Positions 10,130-19,226 of a stretch of 64,000 bases of DNA are shown piece by piece. Below the pieces are notes generated by a model. The model saw only the letters and a list, made by a program, of their open reading frames with translations. It searched no databases and was not told the origin of the DNA. This stretch comes from Vicinamibacterales bacterium (GTDB lineage: Bacteria > Acidobacteriota > Vicinamibacteria > Vicinamibacterales > JAMQPK01): assembly GCA_035937795.1 (NCBI GenBank), contig DASZHO010000149.1, positions 5,185 through 69,184 of the forward strand, written 5' to 3'. The number at the start of each line of letters is the position of its first letter. Positions within the stretch are counted from its first letter, which is position 1. Position numbers and translations under genes: made by a program.

Positions 10130-11561
10130 GAACCCGAAGGCGTTGCGCGCGCACCTTCAGCGCAGCGGCATCGGTCTGCAGTTCGACGACGAGCGGTCGG
10201 CGCCGGACCGGTCTCCACTCGCCGAGCCTCTGGACGTGGATGGCATCCGCGTCGGCAATCGATTCTGCATTCTGCCGATGGAAGGCTGGGACGGGACGCG
10301 CGATGGCCAGCCAAGCGACCTGACGCGGCGGCGGTGGCGCAACTTCGGCACGAGCGGCGCCAAGCTGGTGTGGGGCGGAGAAGCCGTCGCGGTGCGCCAG
10401 GAAGGCCGCGCCAACCCCAACCAGCTGCTGATGAACGTGCGCACGCAGCCCGCCATCGCCGCTCTGCGCGGCGAGCTGGTGTCATCCCACACGTCGCGCT
10501 TCGGCGCCGGCGCCGACAGCGATCTGTTCATCGGCCTCCAGTTGACGCACTCGGGCAGGTTTGCACGGCCCGACGCGTGGGACCGTCCGGCGCCGCTCGT
10601 CGCCTACCACCATCCCATACTCGATCGGCGATTCGCCGGCGGCGTTCGCGTGCTCACAGACGATGAGCTCGACCACCTTGTCGACGACTTTGTTGACTCG
10701 GCGCGGCTTGCATATTCCGCCGGGTTTCAGTTCGTCGATATCAAGCAATGTCACGGCTATCTCGGCCACGAGCTGCTCGGCGCGCGCACCCGCGCCGGCC
10801 GCTACGGCGGCCCGCTCGAGAACCGCCTGCGGTTTCTTCGGCAGGTCATCGAAGGGATTCACGCCTCGGTGCCGGGATTGATCGTCGGGGTCCGGCTCTC
10901 GATGTTCGACACGGTGCCGTATTGCAAGGGCGAGGGCGGCATCGGCGTGCCCGATCCGTCGAGTGGAACCGAGTCAAGTGGAACCGGGCGGGCCGGCTTC
11001 GGCGTTCTCGATGCCGATGCCGGCCTCGACGAAGCGCTGACCGAGACCCGCGATGCGCTGGCGGTGCTCGAGCGCCTCGGTGTCCGATGGATTTGCACCA
11101 CGGCCGGCAGTCCGTATTACAACCCGCACGTCCAGCGGCCCGCGCTGTTCCCCCCCGTCGACGGCTACGAGCCCCCGGAGGATCCCCTGGCTGGCGTCGC
11201 CCGGCAGATTCAGGCCACAGCCAGGCTCAAGGCGGCATTTCCGAAGATGATATTTGTGGGCTCGGCTTACAGCTATCTGCAGGAATGGCTGCCGCACGTC
11301 GGGCAATACGCCGTGCGCGAAGGCCTCGCCGATTTTGTGGGCCTCGGCCGCCTGGCGCTGTCGTATCCTGGCCTGCCGGCGGATGTGCTGAGCGGCGTGC
11401 CGCTCCGCCGCCAGTCGCTCTGCCGGACGTTCAGTGATTGCACGACCGGCCCGCGCATGGGGCTCGTGTCGGGTTGTTACCCGCTGGATCCGTTTTACGC
11501 GGCGCGGCCCGAAGCCGCGACGGTGAGAAACGTCAGAACGCAGATGCTCGTCAGCGAGTAG
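10089..11561 (+). CDS. NADH:flavin oxidoreductase, Old Yellow Enzyme family
   Basis: ORF 10056..11561; the likely ATG is at 10089 (MPISQPYPRIASLKN). OYE-like motifs: RVGNRFCILPMEGW, GLQLTHSGR, FVDIKQCHGYLGHELL. Confidence 0.8.
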   Translation: MPISQPYPRIASLKNPKALRAHLQRSGIGLQFDDERSAPDRSPLAEPLDVDGIRVGNRFCILPMEGWDGTRDGQPSDLTRRRWRNFGTSGAKLVWGGEAVAVRQEGRANPNQLLMNVRTQPAIAALRGELVSSHTSRFGAGADSDLFIGLQLTHSGRFARPDAWDRPAPLVAYHHPILDRRFAGGVRVLTDDELDHLVDDFVDSARLAYSAGFQFVDIKQCHGYLGHELLGARTRAGRYGGPLENRLRFLRQVIEGIHASVPGLIVGVRLSMFDTVPYCKGEGGIGVPDPSSGTESSGTGRAGFGVLDADAGLDEALTETRDALAVLERLGVRWICTTAGSPYYNPHVQRPALFPPVDGYEPPEDPLAGVARQIQATARLKAAFPKMIFVGSAYSYLQEWLPHVGQYAVREGLADFVGLGRLALSYPGLPADVLSGVPLRRQSLCRTFSDCTTGPRMGLVSGCYPLDPFYAARPEAATVRNVRTQMLVSE

Positions 11562-11570
11562 GAGACGCGA

Positions 11571-12008
11571 ATGAAAAAGCAGATCGTCCTCGTCATATTC
11601 GCGCTGGTCCTTGGCGGCGGATTCGGCCGGATGATGGCCCGGCAGAAGCCCCTTCCCGGCGGCTTCATCGTCGAGCACGATGCCGGCATCGCGAGGGAGG
11701 AGCCGGGCACCCACAATGGCGGCGGCATGACGACGGGTTACTCGTTTTTCTCGAAGGTGCCCAGGCTGGGCCTCGTGTTTCGGAAGCGCGCGTTCCATCC
11801 CGGCTCCGGTATCGGCTACCACCTGCAGACCGAAGACGAGATCTATTACGTGCTGAGCGGAAAAGGCGAGATGACCGTTGACGAGAAGAAATTTGCGGTC
11901 AGCCCGGGAACCGCGATCCTCACGCGGCCCGGCAGCTCGCACGGCCTCAAACAGGTCGGCAGCGAAGATCTGGTGATTCTGATCAACTACGAACAAGCGG
12001 TGAAGTAG
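11571..12008 (+). CDS. Cupin domain protein with N-terminal membrane anchor or signal
   Basis: ORF 11571..12008 with GGAG 7 nt upstream. Cupin motifs: HPGSGIGYHLQTEDEIYYVLSGKGEM and SSHGL. Confidence 0.75.
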   Translation: MKKQIVLVIFALVLGGGFGRMMARQKPLPGGFIVEHDAGIAREEPGTHNGGGMTTGYSFFSKVPRLGLVFRKRAFHPGSGIGYHLQTEDEIYYVLSGKGEMTVDEKKFAVSPGTAILTRPGSSHGLKQVGSEDLVILINYEQAVK

Positions 12009-13267
12009 TGAGCTCGGACAGCACCGGGCGTGCTGGATCGGCTCAGGTAGCCATCACCGCGTTCTTCGCGCTGTTCTCGGTCGTCGGCCTTGCGCTGTAC
12101 GGCTTGCCGCTGTACTACGACTTCATGGTGCGCGAATTCGGCTGGTCGCGCACGATGGTGACCTCGGGCAACGCGGTGAGTAAGCTGGTCGTCGGCCCGC
12201 TCTTCGGCTTCGGCGCCGGCTGGATCGTCGACCGATTCGGCCCGCGGCGTTTGATGATGGCCGGCATCCTGATGGCGGGCATTGCGCTTGTGGGCCTGGG
12301 CGCGATTTCCTCGCTGTGGATGTTCTATCTGTTCTATCTGCTCAACGCGCTCGGCTACGTGAGCGGCGGGCCGCTGCCCAATCAAGTGCTGCTGTCGCGC
12401 TGGTTCGACCGCACGCGCGGAAAGGCAATGGGCTTCGCCTACCTCGGCATCGGCTTCGGCGGCGCGCTCGTGCCGATTCTCGCGAACTTCTTGACTGGGC
12501 GGTTCGGCTGGCGGGGCTCGCTGCAGACGCTGGGCGTACTGGTCGTGGTGATTGCGCTGCCGCTGGCGTATTTCGTGAAAGAGGGCCCCGCAGTCGGTCC
12601 AAAGGCCGAAGCACCTGCCGCTGACCCCGGCCGCGATCGCCGGTCGCTGCCCTCTGTGCGCGGCGTGCTGCGCTCGCCGGCGTTCTACCTGCTGGCGATC
12701 GGCAGCATGTGCTCGATTGCCGCCGTCGGTGGCACCAACCAGCACCTGAAGCTGTTTCTCAGTCTCGATCGCGCCTACTCGCAGGGTGACGCCGCGCGGG
12801 TGATTTCGCTCGTGCTCGCCTTCAGCATCGCCGGCCGGTTGCTGATGGGATGGCTGGCCGATCGGATGCCGAAGAAGTTCGTCATGCTGCTGATTTACCT
12901 GTTGGTGGCTTCATCCGTGCCGCTATTGCTCGTCGGCTCGTCCGAGGCGCCCGTGTATCTGTTTGCCGTGGTCTTCGGTATTGCGCTCGGCGGTGAATAC
13001 ATGATCATTCCGCTGATGGCGGGAGAACTGTTCGGCGTGAACGTGCTGGGGCGTGTGCTCGGCATCGTGTTGACCGCCGATGGCGTGGCGGAGGCCACCG
13101 CACCGATGCTGGTGGGGTTCTTGCGCGATCGCACCGGGGCCTACAACGCCGGGTTTTTCACGCTGATCGGCGCCGCGCTGGCCGGCGCTGTCGCCATTGG
13201 CCTGCTGCCGTCACGGCCGATTGCCGGATCGGACGTCACGCTCGCGCCCCGTCTCGCAACCGATTGA
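12008..13267 (+). CDS. MFS transporter
   Basis: ORF 12008..13267. The GTG start overlaps the upstream TAG by 1 nt. Has 12 hydrophobic segments and an MFS loop motif, GWIVDRFGPRRLMM. Confidence 0.85.
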   Translation: MSSDSTGRAGSAQVAITAFFALFSVVGLALYGLPLYYDFMVREFGWSRTMVTSGNAVSKLVVGPLFGFGAGWIVDRFGPRRLMMAGILMAGIALVGLGAISSLWMFYLFYLLNALGYVSGGPLPNQVLLSRWFDRTRGKAMGFAYLGIGFGGALVPILANFLTGRFGWRGSLQTLGVLVVVIALPLAYFVKEGPAVGPKAEAPAADPGRDRRSLPSVRGVLRSPAFYLLAIGSMCSIAAVGGTNQHLKLFLSLDRAYSQGDAARVISLVLAFSIAGRLLMGWLADRMPKKFVMLLIYLLVASSVPLLLVGSSEAPVYLFAVVFGIALGGEYMIIPLMAGELFGVNVLGRVLGIVLTADGVAEATAPMLVGFLRDRTGAYNAGFFTLIGAALAGAVAIGLLPSRPIAGSDVTLAPRLATD

Positions 13268-13291
13268 GGCGCTCACGTAAAATAGGCCGGG

Positions 13292-14071
13292 ATGGCGCTG
13301 CCGGAACGGCGATTGATGTGCGTGCTCGCCCACCCGGATGACGAGTCGCTGGGGACCGGCGGCACGCTGGCGAAATACGCCGCCGAAGGTGTTGCGACCT
13401 ATCTGGTCACGGCCACGCGCGGCGAGCGTGGCCGTTACTTCGATGGCAAGGAGTCGCCGGGGCCGCAAATCGTTGGAAAAACGCGCGAAGCCGAGCTGCG
13501 GGCCGCCGCGAAGGAGCTCGGCATCCGCGAGGTCTCGTTTCTCGATTACGAAGACGGCAGGCTCGATCGCGCGAATCCTGCCGAGGCCGTCCAGAAAATC
13601 TCGGGGCATCTGCAACGGATCCGGCCCAATATCGTCATCACGTTCGGGCCCGATGGCGCGTACGGTCACCCCGACCACATCGCCATCTCGCAATTTACGG
13701 CTGCCGCCATTGTCGCGGCGGCCCCGGTTCATCAGGTGTCGAAACTGTACGAGATTGCCTGGAGCGAAAAAAAGTGGGCCACTTATCAGAAGGCGCTCCG
13801 TAACCTGTCGACGACAATCGACGGCGTCGTTCGCCAGCCGTCGCCGTGGCCCGATTGGATGTTGACGACGTTCGTCGACACCAGCGCGGTCTGGCCGACC
13901 GTCTGGCGCGCCGTCGCCTGTCACGAGACGCAGATGAGTATCTACAAAAAGCTCGAAAATCTGCTGGATGACGACCATCGCGCGTTGTGGGGCACCCAGG
14001 AGTTCTATCGCGTCTTCAGCCTTGTTAATGGTGGCCGGGCGCGCGAAACGGATTTGTTCGAGGGATTCTGA
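13292..14071 (+). CDS. PIG-L (LmbE) family N-acetylglucosaminyl deacetylase
   Basis: Motifs VLAHPDDESLGTGGTLAKY and AYGHPDHIA are typical of the PIG-L/LmbE family. Confidence 0.85.
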   Translation: MALPERRLMCVLAHPDDESLGTGGTLAKYAAEGVATYLVTATRGERGRYFDGKESPGPQIVGKTREAELRAAAKELGIREVSFLDYEDGRLDRANPAEAVQKISGHLQRIRPNIVITFGPDGAYGHPDHIAISQFTAAAIVAAAPVHQVSKLYEIAWSEKKWATYQKALRNLSTTIDGVVRQPSPWPDWMLTTFVDTSAVWPTVWRAVACHETQMSIYKKLENLLDDDHRALWGTQEFYRVFSLVNGGRARETDLFEGF

Positions 14072-15546
14072 TGAGAGACGCTGCGCTGGCAATGACGGCC
14101 GACGAGTTCCGGGCGCTCGGTCATCGGCTCGTCGATCGCATCGCCGAACATCTCCGGGCACTGCCGCTGCGGCCCGTGGCGTGCGGCGAACCGCCATCCC
14201 ACGTGCGCAACGCGCTTGGAAGCGCTCGAAATCTTCCGAACGACGGCGTCGACGCCGCCCGTGCGCTGACCGAAGCCGCAGACCTGCTGTTCGACCACTC
14301 GACGTTCAACGGCCACCCGCGCTTTCTGGCCTACATCACGTCGAGTCCGGCCCCGATCGGCGTGCTTGGTGATTTTTTGGCGTCGGCCATCAACCAGAAC
14401 ATGGGTGCGTGGAAGCTGGCTCCCATGGCCACGGAAATTGAAGCGCAGACCGTGCGGTGGATTGCCGAGCTCGTTGGATTCCCGTCCGACTGCGGCGGAC
14501 TGCTCGTGAGCGGCGGCAACATGGCGAACTTCGTCTGCTTCCTCGCGGCTCGCGCCGCCAAGGCCGGCTGGGATGTGCGAAAGAGCGGGTTTGCCGGCGA
14601 GTCGCGCTCTCTGGCCGTCTATGCCTCGACCGAAACCCACACGTGGCTTCAGAAAGCCGCGGACCTCTTCGGGCTTGGAACCGACGCCATTCGCTGGATT
14701 GCCGTGGATGGCGGGCAGCGGATGGTGCCGTCGGCGCTTCGCGACAGGATCGCCGACGATCGGTCGCGAGGGATTCGTCCGTTCATGGTCGTCGGCACGG
14801 CCGGTTCGGTGAGCACCGGCGCGGTCGATCCCTTGCCCGAGCTGGCGGAGATTTGTCGTGAGTTCGATCTGTGGTTTCACGTGGATGGGGCGTATGGCGC
14901 CCTCGCGGCCCAGGTGCCGGGCGCCCCCGAGGCCCTCCGCGGCTTGAGCGAGGCGGATTCGGTCGCCGTCGATCCGCATAAATGGTTGTACGCGCCGCTC
15001 GAAGCAGGTTGCGTGCTCCTTCGCCACGCGAAGCATCTGCGGGATGCCTTCTCGTACCATCCTGCTTACTATCATTTTGACGATGACGTGCTGAACTATT
15101 TCGACTATGGGCCGCAGAATTCGCGCGGGTTTCGCGCGCTCAAGGTGTGGCTCGGCCTGCGACAGGCGGGACGTGCGGGATATCTGCAGATGATCGGCGA
15201 CGATATCTCGCTCGCCAGGCGCCTGCACAATCGCCTGCAGAACCGCGAGGATTTCGAAGCAACGTCCCAGAGCTTGAGCGTGACGACGTTTCGCTACGTT
15301 CCCTCCGACCTTCGAGCTCGGTTGGGCTCGCCGGAAGTCGAGCCGTACCTCAACACGCTCAATCAGGAGCTCCTGACGCGCGTGGAGAAAAGCGGCGAGC
15401 TGTTTCTCTCCAACGCGACGATCGGCCAGATGTTCACGCTGCGCGCGTGCATCGTGAACTTCAACACGTCGGCCGAAGACATCGATGCCCTCCCGGAGCT
15501 GCTGTCGCGGTTGGGCCGGCAAGCAGACAAAGCCTTGCGCGCGTAG
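14071..15546 (+). CDS. Pyridoxal-phosphate-dependent group II decarboxylase (aromatic amino acid/glutamate decarboxylase family)
   Basis: The ATG overlaps the upstream TGA by 1 nt. Motifs HPRFLAYITSSP and SVAVDPHKWLYAPLEAGCVL (PLP lysine in DPHKW). Confidence 0.9.
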   Translation: MRDAALAMTADEFRALGHRLVDRIAEHLRALPLRPVACGEPPSHVRNALGSARNLPNDGVDAARALTEAADLLFDHSTFNGHPRFLAYITSSPAPIGVLGDFLASAINQNMGAWKLAPMATEIEAQTVRWIAELVGFPSDCGGLLVSGGNMANFVCFLAARAAKAGWDVRKSGFAGESRSLAVYASTETHTWLQKAADLFGLGTDAIRWIAVDGGQRMVPSALRDRIADDRSRGIRPFMVVGTAGSVSTGAVDPLPELAEICREFDLWFHVDGAYGALAAQVPGAPEALRGLSEADSVAVDPHKWLYAPLEAGCVLLRHAKHLRDAFSYHPAYYHFDDDVLNYFDYGPQNSRGFRALKVWLGLRQAGRAGYLQMIGDDISLARRLHNRLQNREDFEATSQSLSVTTFRYVPSDLRARLGSPEVEPYLNTLNQELLTRVEKSGELFLSNATIGQMFTLRACIVNFNTSAEDIDALPELLSRLGRQADKALRA

Positions 15547-15549
15547 CAG

Positions 15550-17118
15550 CTATTTCGCGGAGACGATGCTCCGGACGACGCCGTCGGTTTTGGTGTAGAC
15601 GTAGAGCTCGCCCGCGGCGTCGATCGACATGCGCGCGTCCGCGCGGCCCGATCCCGAGACGGTTGCGCGGCCCGGGAGATTCGGATCTGTGCCCCCTCTG
15701 GCGTGATAGGCCGCTTCGGCGATAGGAAACATCGAGTCGTAGACCCGCCCGTTCCACAAAATTCTCACTGCGTGAATCGGCGCCATCGTGTTCGGATCGC
15801 CATCGTCGGCGGCGAGCATATCTTTGTAGTCCGCGTACCACACGCGGCCGGTCGAGAGGTCCGTGAAGATGTATTTGCCGCCGAGCGCGGGAACCGCCTT
15901 GCCGCTGTAAAGGTATCCGCTGCCGATCGCGTCGCCGCCGCTCGCGTTGTGGCCGTACTCGATCACCGGATAGGTGGGCACGACAACCTGATCCGTCACC
16001 GTGCTGCCGATCTGTACGGGAATCTTGTCGACTGCCGGCAGCGGGCCGGTGCTGTTATCGAGCTTCAGCGTTTCGTTGCCTTCACGCTGCGAGTACCCGT
16101 AGTTGGCGCCCCTGTGGACGATGTTGACCGTCTCCCAGGTGTGCAGCCCGATCGATGTCGCAATCAGCCGGTTGTTCGCTGGATGTGCGGGATCGATCGC
16201 CCAGCTCAGGCGATGCGGATTCCGGAATCCATACGCCCAGATCTCCTTGTGGGCGCCGGGGGTCGCCATGAACGGATTGTCGTTCGGAATACGGTAGCGG
16301 CCGTTGTCGCTCGCCGTGCTTGTCGCGACATGTTCGGTGAGGTCGGGAATGATGCGCAGAATCTTGCCCACCAGCGTGTCGAGCCGCTGCGGGTTCTGCC
16401 GGATTTCGCCTGTGGCTTCCCCCGAACCGCTGTCGCCGCAGCCGATATACGCGATTCGCCACTCGGGATCGCCGCGCCTGGCCGCCGGATTGAACGCGAT
16501 CTCGCCCATCGGGTGAATTCGGGTATTCAACTGCACGCGCATGAGTTCGCGAGCCGTGCCTTCGAAGACGGAATTCGACGTGTTCGTGTCCGTCCATTCA
16601 ATCAGCACCGCTTCGTGCAACACCGGCCCCGGCGTAACGATTGGCGCAGTCGTCGCATAGCCGTTGAGGTTGAGTCCTGGGAAGTGCGTGTTGTCCGGGA
16701 AGTTGGATGCCGCGATCGCCGGATTTTCGATGTGGACCGTGTAGAACTTCCCGTTGCGCGCGTAGTCGGGATCGAACTGAAAGTGGGCGAAGCCGTTTCC
16801 GTAGCCGGTTTCGAAGATCAGTCGATGGAAAATGCCCGGTCTGTTGTCGCGGCCGTTGAAGTCGAGATAGGTGGACAGCCGCTTCGTCTCCTTGTCGACG
16901 ATGTACAGCGGCCCGTTCATGTCGTTGACGAAGAGACGCTTGGCGCCGCCGGGCTCTTCGCGGACGGTGTTCACGCGCGACAACATCCCGTCGATCTGTC
17001 CCACGCCATCGAGCTTGCCGGTGATCGGCAGCGCGACGTAGTCTTTCAGTTCGATGGTGAGCTGCGCCGACGCCGGGGCAGGCCACAGGACGGCGGCCAG
17101 CACGATCGCCCGGATCAT
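15550..17118 (-). CDS. PQQ-dependent sugar dehydrogenase family (soluble glucose/sorbosone dehydrogenase-like beta-propeller), secreted
   Basis: Signal peptide present. Family-like motifs: GNGFAHFQFDPDYARNGKFYT, LVGKILRI, YRIPNDNPF, EIWAYGFRNPHRLSW, GANYGYSQREG. Confidence 0.85.
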   Translation of the reverse strand: MIRAIVLAAVLWPAPASAQLTIELKDYVALPITGKLDGVGQIDGMLSRVNTVREEPGGAKRLFVNDMNGPLYIVDKETKRLSTYLDFNGRDNRPGIFHRLIFETGYGNGFAHFQFDPDYARNGKFYTVHIENPAIAASNFPDNTHFPGLNLNGYATTAPIVTPGPVLHEAVLIEWTDTNTSNSVFEGTARELMRVQLNTRIHPMGEIAFNPAARRGDPEWRIAYIGCGDSGSGEATGEIRQNPQRLDTLVGKILRIIPDLTEHVATSTASDNGRYRIPNDNPFMATPGAHKEIWAYGFRNPHRLSWAIDPAHPANNRLIATSIGLHTWETVNIVHRGANYGYSQREGNETLKLDNSTGPLPAVDKIPVQIGSTVTDQVVVPTYPVIEYGHNASGGDAIGSGYLYSGKAVPALGGKYIFTDLSTGRVWYADYKDMLAADDGDPNTMAPIHAVRILWNGRVYDSMFPIAEAAYHARGGTDPNLPGRATVSGSGRADARMSIDAAGELYVYTKTDGVVRSIVSAK

Positions 17119-17128
17119 TATCTGAGCG

Positions 17129-18745
17129 TCATTTGAGCGTCGCGCCTACCACCTGCCGGATCACCCCGTCGCTCTTGCTGTAGATGTAGAGCTCGCCGCT
17201 CCCATCGACGGCAAGCCGGTCGTCGCCGCGGCCTTGGTTCGCAACCGTTTGCCGGCTGGCCAGGTGCTCTTCCTTGCCGCCTCGCTCGTGGTAGGTCATC
17301 TCGTTGATTGGCCACATCGTGTCGTACACCTTGCCATTCCACAGCACTTTCACCTCGCGCGGCTTCGCCATCGTATCCGGATTGCCATCGTCGGCGGCCA
17401 GCATGTCTTTGTAGTCGACAGCCCAGATGTGGCCGGTGGTGATATCTGTAAAGAGGTACTTCCCGCGGAGCGGGGCAATCTTGCCGTTGTACACGAATCC
17501 GCTGCCGATGGCGTCGCCGCCGCCCTGGAGATGCGGGTATTCGATGACCGGGTAGGTCGGCGTCACCGCCTCATCGGTCACCTGGTCGGTAATCATCACC
17601 GGAAGCTTGTCCAGCTGCGGGCGTGGGCCCGTCGTGTTGTCGGGCTTGAGCAGCTCGTGCCCTTCGCGCTGCGAGTAGCCATAGTTGGCGCCCTTGTGAA
17701 CGATGTCGACGGTCTCCCAGGTGTGGAGGCCGACGACGTTCACGAGCAGGCGGTTGTTTGCGGGATTTGCAGGATCGATGGCCCAGCTCAGTCTGTGGGG
17801 GTTGCGGAGCCCGTAGGCCCAGATTTCCTTGCGCGCGCCCGGTTTGGACACAAACGGATTGTCGTTGGGAATTCTGTAGCGGCCGTTCTCGCTGACCGTG
17901 CTCGTCGCGACGCGCTCGTTGAGGTCGGGAATGATGCGGATAATCTTCCCGACCAGGTTGTCGAGCCGCTGCGGGTTGTTGCGGATAGCGGCCATTCGCG
18001 ATTCACCGGCCGCGCCGTCGCCCACTTCGGCATACAGCACGCGCCAGTCGGGATCGCCAGGTTTGGCTGTGGGGTTGAAGATCAGGTCGCCCATCGGGTG
18101 ACTGGTGGTGTTGAGCTGCACCCGCATCAGCTCGCGGGCCGTGCCTTCGAAGGTGGCGTTCGACGTGTTCGTGTCGGTCCACTCAATCAACACGCCGACA
18201 TTCACATTCGGTCCGGGCGTCGGAATCAGCGGCGTGGTCGTGTACCCCGAGAGGTTCAATCCGGGAAAGTGGGTGTTGTCCGGCATGATGGAGGTGGTGA
18301 GCGCCGGATCCTCCATGTGTACCGTGTAGAACTTGCCGTTGCGTTTGTAGTCAGGGTCGAAATAGAAGCCATTCAGGCCGTTGCCGTAGCCGCGTTCCCA
18401 GCTGAGGTTGTGGAAAATGCCGGGGTGGCCCTCACGTCCGTTGAAGTCGAGGTAGGTTGTGAGCTTCTTCGTCTGTTTGTCGACGATATAGAGAGGTCCG
18501 TTCAGGTCGGCGACGAAGAGTCGCGACGCGCCACCCGGCTCTTCGCGCAACGCGTTCACCCGGGACAGCAGCATTTCGTTCGTGCCTTTGCCCTGCGTGA
18601 CGCCGGTCATCGGCATCGTGAGGTAGTCTTTGATTTCGATCGTGAGCTGCGGGTCGGTGGCCGCCCGAGGCCGAAGGCTGATGAGCACCAGCGCGAGGCA
18701 CACAATCTCGATGTTCCTGTAACGCCTGCAAGCCCTGTAAATCAT
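17129..18745 (-). CDS. PQQ-dependent sugar dehydrogenase family, paralog of the downstream gene
   Basis: Colinear with 15550..17118 and shares long identical blocks (RELMRVQLNT, YRIPNDNPF, EIWAYG.RNPHRLSWAIDPA.PANNRL). GGAGG lies 8 nt upstream of ATG 18745. Confidence 0.85.
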   Translation of the reverse strand: MIYRACRRYRNIEIVCLALVLISLRPRAATDPQLTIEIKDYLTMPMTGVTQGKGTNEMLLSRVNALREEPGGASRLFVADLNGPLYIVDKQTKKLTTYLDFNGREGHPGIFHNLSWERGYGNGLNGFYFDPDYKRNGKFYTVHMEDPALTTSIMPDNTHFPGLNLSGYTTTPLIPTPGPNVNVGVLIEWTDTNTSNATFEGTARELMRVQLNTTSHPMGDLIFNPTAKPGDPDWRVLYAEVGDGAAGESRMAAIRNNPQRLDNLVGKIIRIIPDLNERVATSTVSENGRYRIPNDNPFVSKPGARKEIWAYGLRNPHRLSWAIDPANPANNRLLVNVVGLHTWETVDIVHKGANYGYSQREGHELLKPDNTTGPRPQLDKLPVMITDQVTDEAVTPTYPVIEYPHLQGGGDAIGSGFVYNGKIAPLRGKYLFTDITTGHIWAVDYKDMLAADDGNPDTMAKPREVKVLWNGKVYDTMWPINEMTYHERGGKEEHLASRQTVANQGRGDDRLAVDGSGELYIYSKSDGVIRQVVGATLK

Positions 18746-18764
18746 GATGATGACCTCCGGAACC

Positions 18765-19139
18765 CTACGTTGAGCCTTGCAGCCGCTCCGAGGCTCGCAG
18801 CAAGGCCTGCCTGAGCATTTCGCGGCCGAACGGCTTGGTGACGTAATCCACGGCGCCCTGCTTGCGCATGCGCATCACCGTTTCCATGTCCTGCGCGCTG
18901 CTGGCCATGATCACGGCCGTTCCCGGCCAGCGCTCCCGCACCTGCTCGGCCAGCCAGATGCCGTCGTGGATCGGCATCATCACATCGCACAGAATGATCG
19001 CGGCCGGCTCGACCGCCATCTGCGCGATCGCGTCGTCGGCGTTGCTGGCGTCCTTCGATTGATATCCCCAACCGGCCAGCCAGCGCATCAGCAGCTTTCT
19101 GATCGACTCTTCATCGTCGACGACGAGAACGTAGGGCAT
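18765..19139 (-). CDS. Stand-alone response regulator receiver domain (CheY-like)
   Basis: 124 aa: VVDDEESIRKLL, phospho-acceptor context ILCDVMMP, and KPF near the C-terminus. No output domain. Confidence 0.9.
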   Translation of the reverse strand: MPYVLVVDDEESIRKLLMRWLAGWGYQSKDASNADDAIAQMAVEPAAIILCDVMMPIHDGIWLAEQVRERWPGTAVIMASSAQDMETVMRMRKQGAVDYVTKPFGREMLRQALLRASERLQGST

Positions 19140-19226
19140 AGGCTAAGACCTGGAGTATTCTACCGCTTCAGGCGCATCCTGATTTTTGAGGTCAGTTAAA
19201 TCAGAAGTTCCGCCCGCACCCCAGTC

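Noticed and set aside
19184-19211. RpoE-like GGAACTT-N15-TCAAAA on the minus strand upstream of the receiver gene, and the inverted repeat CTGATTT-N12-AAATCAG (19179..19204).
   Set aside because: It is a single occurrence, with spacing and -10 different from the three-copy GAAAC-N18-GTCTAA motif. It may be real but cannot be separated from chance with one copy. A TAGAAT hexamer (complement of 19157..19162) is an equally good sigma-70 alternative.
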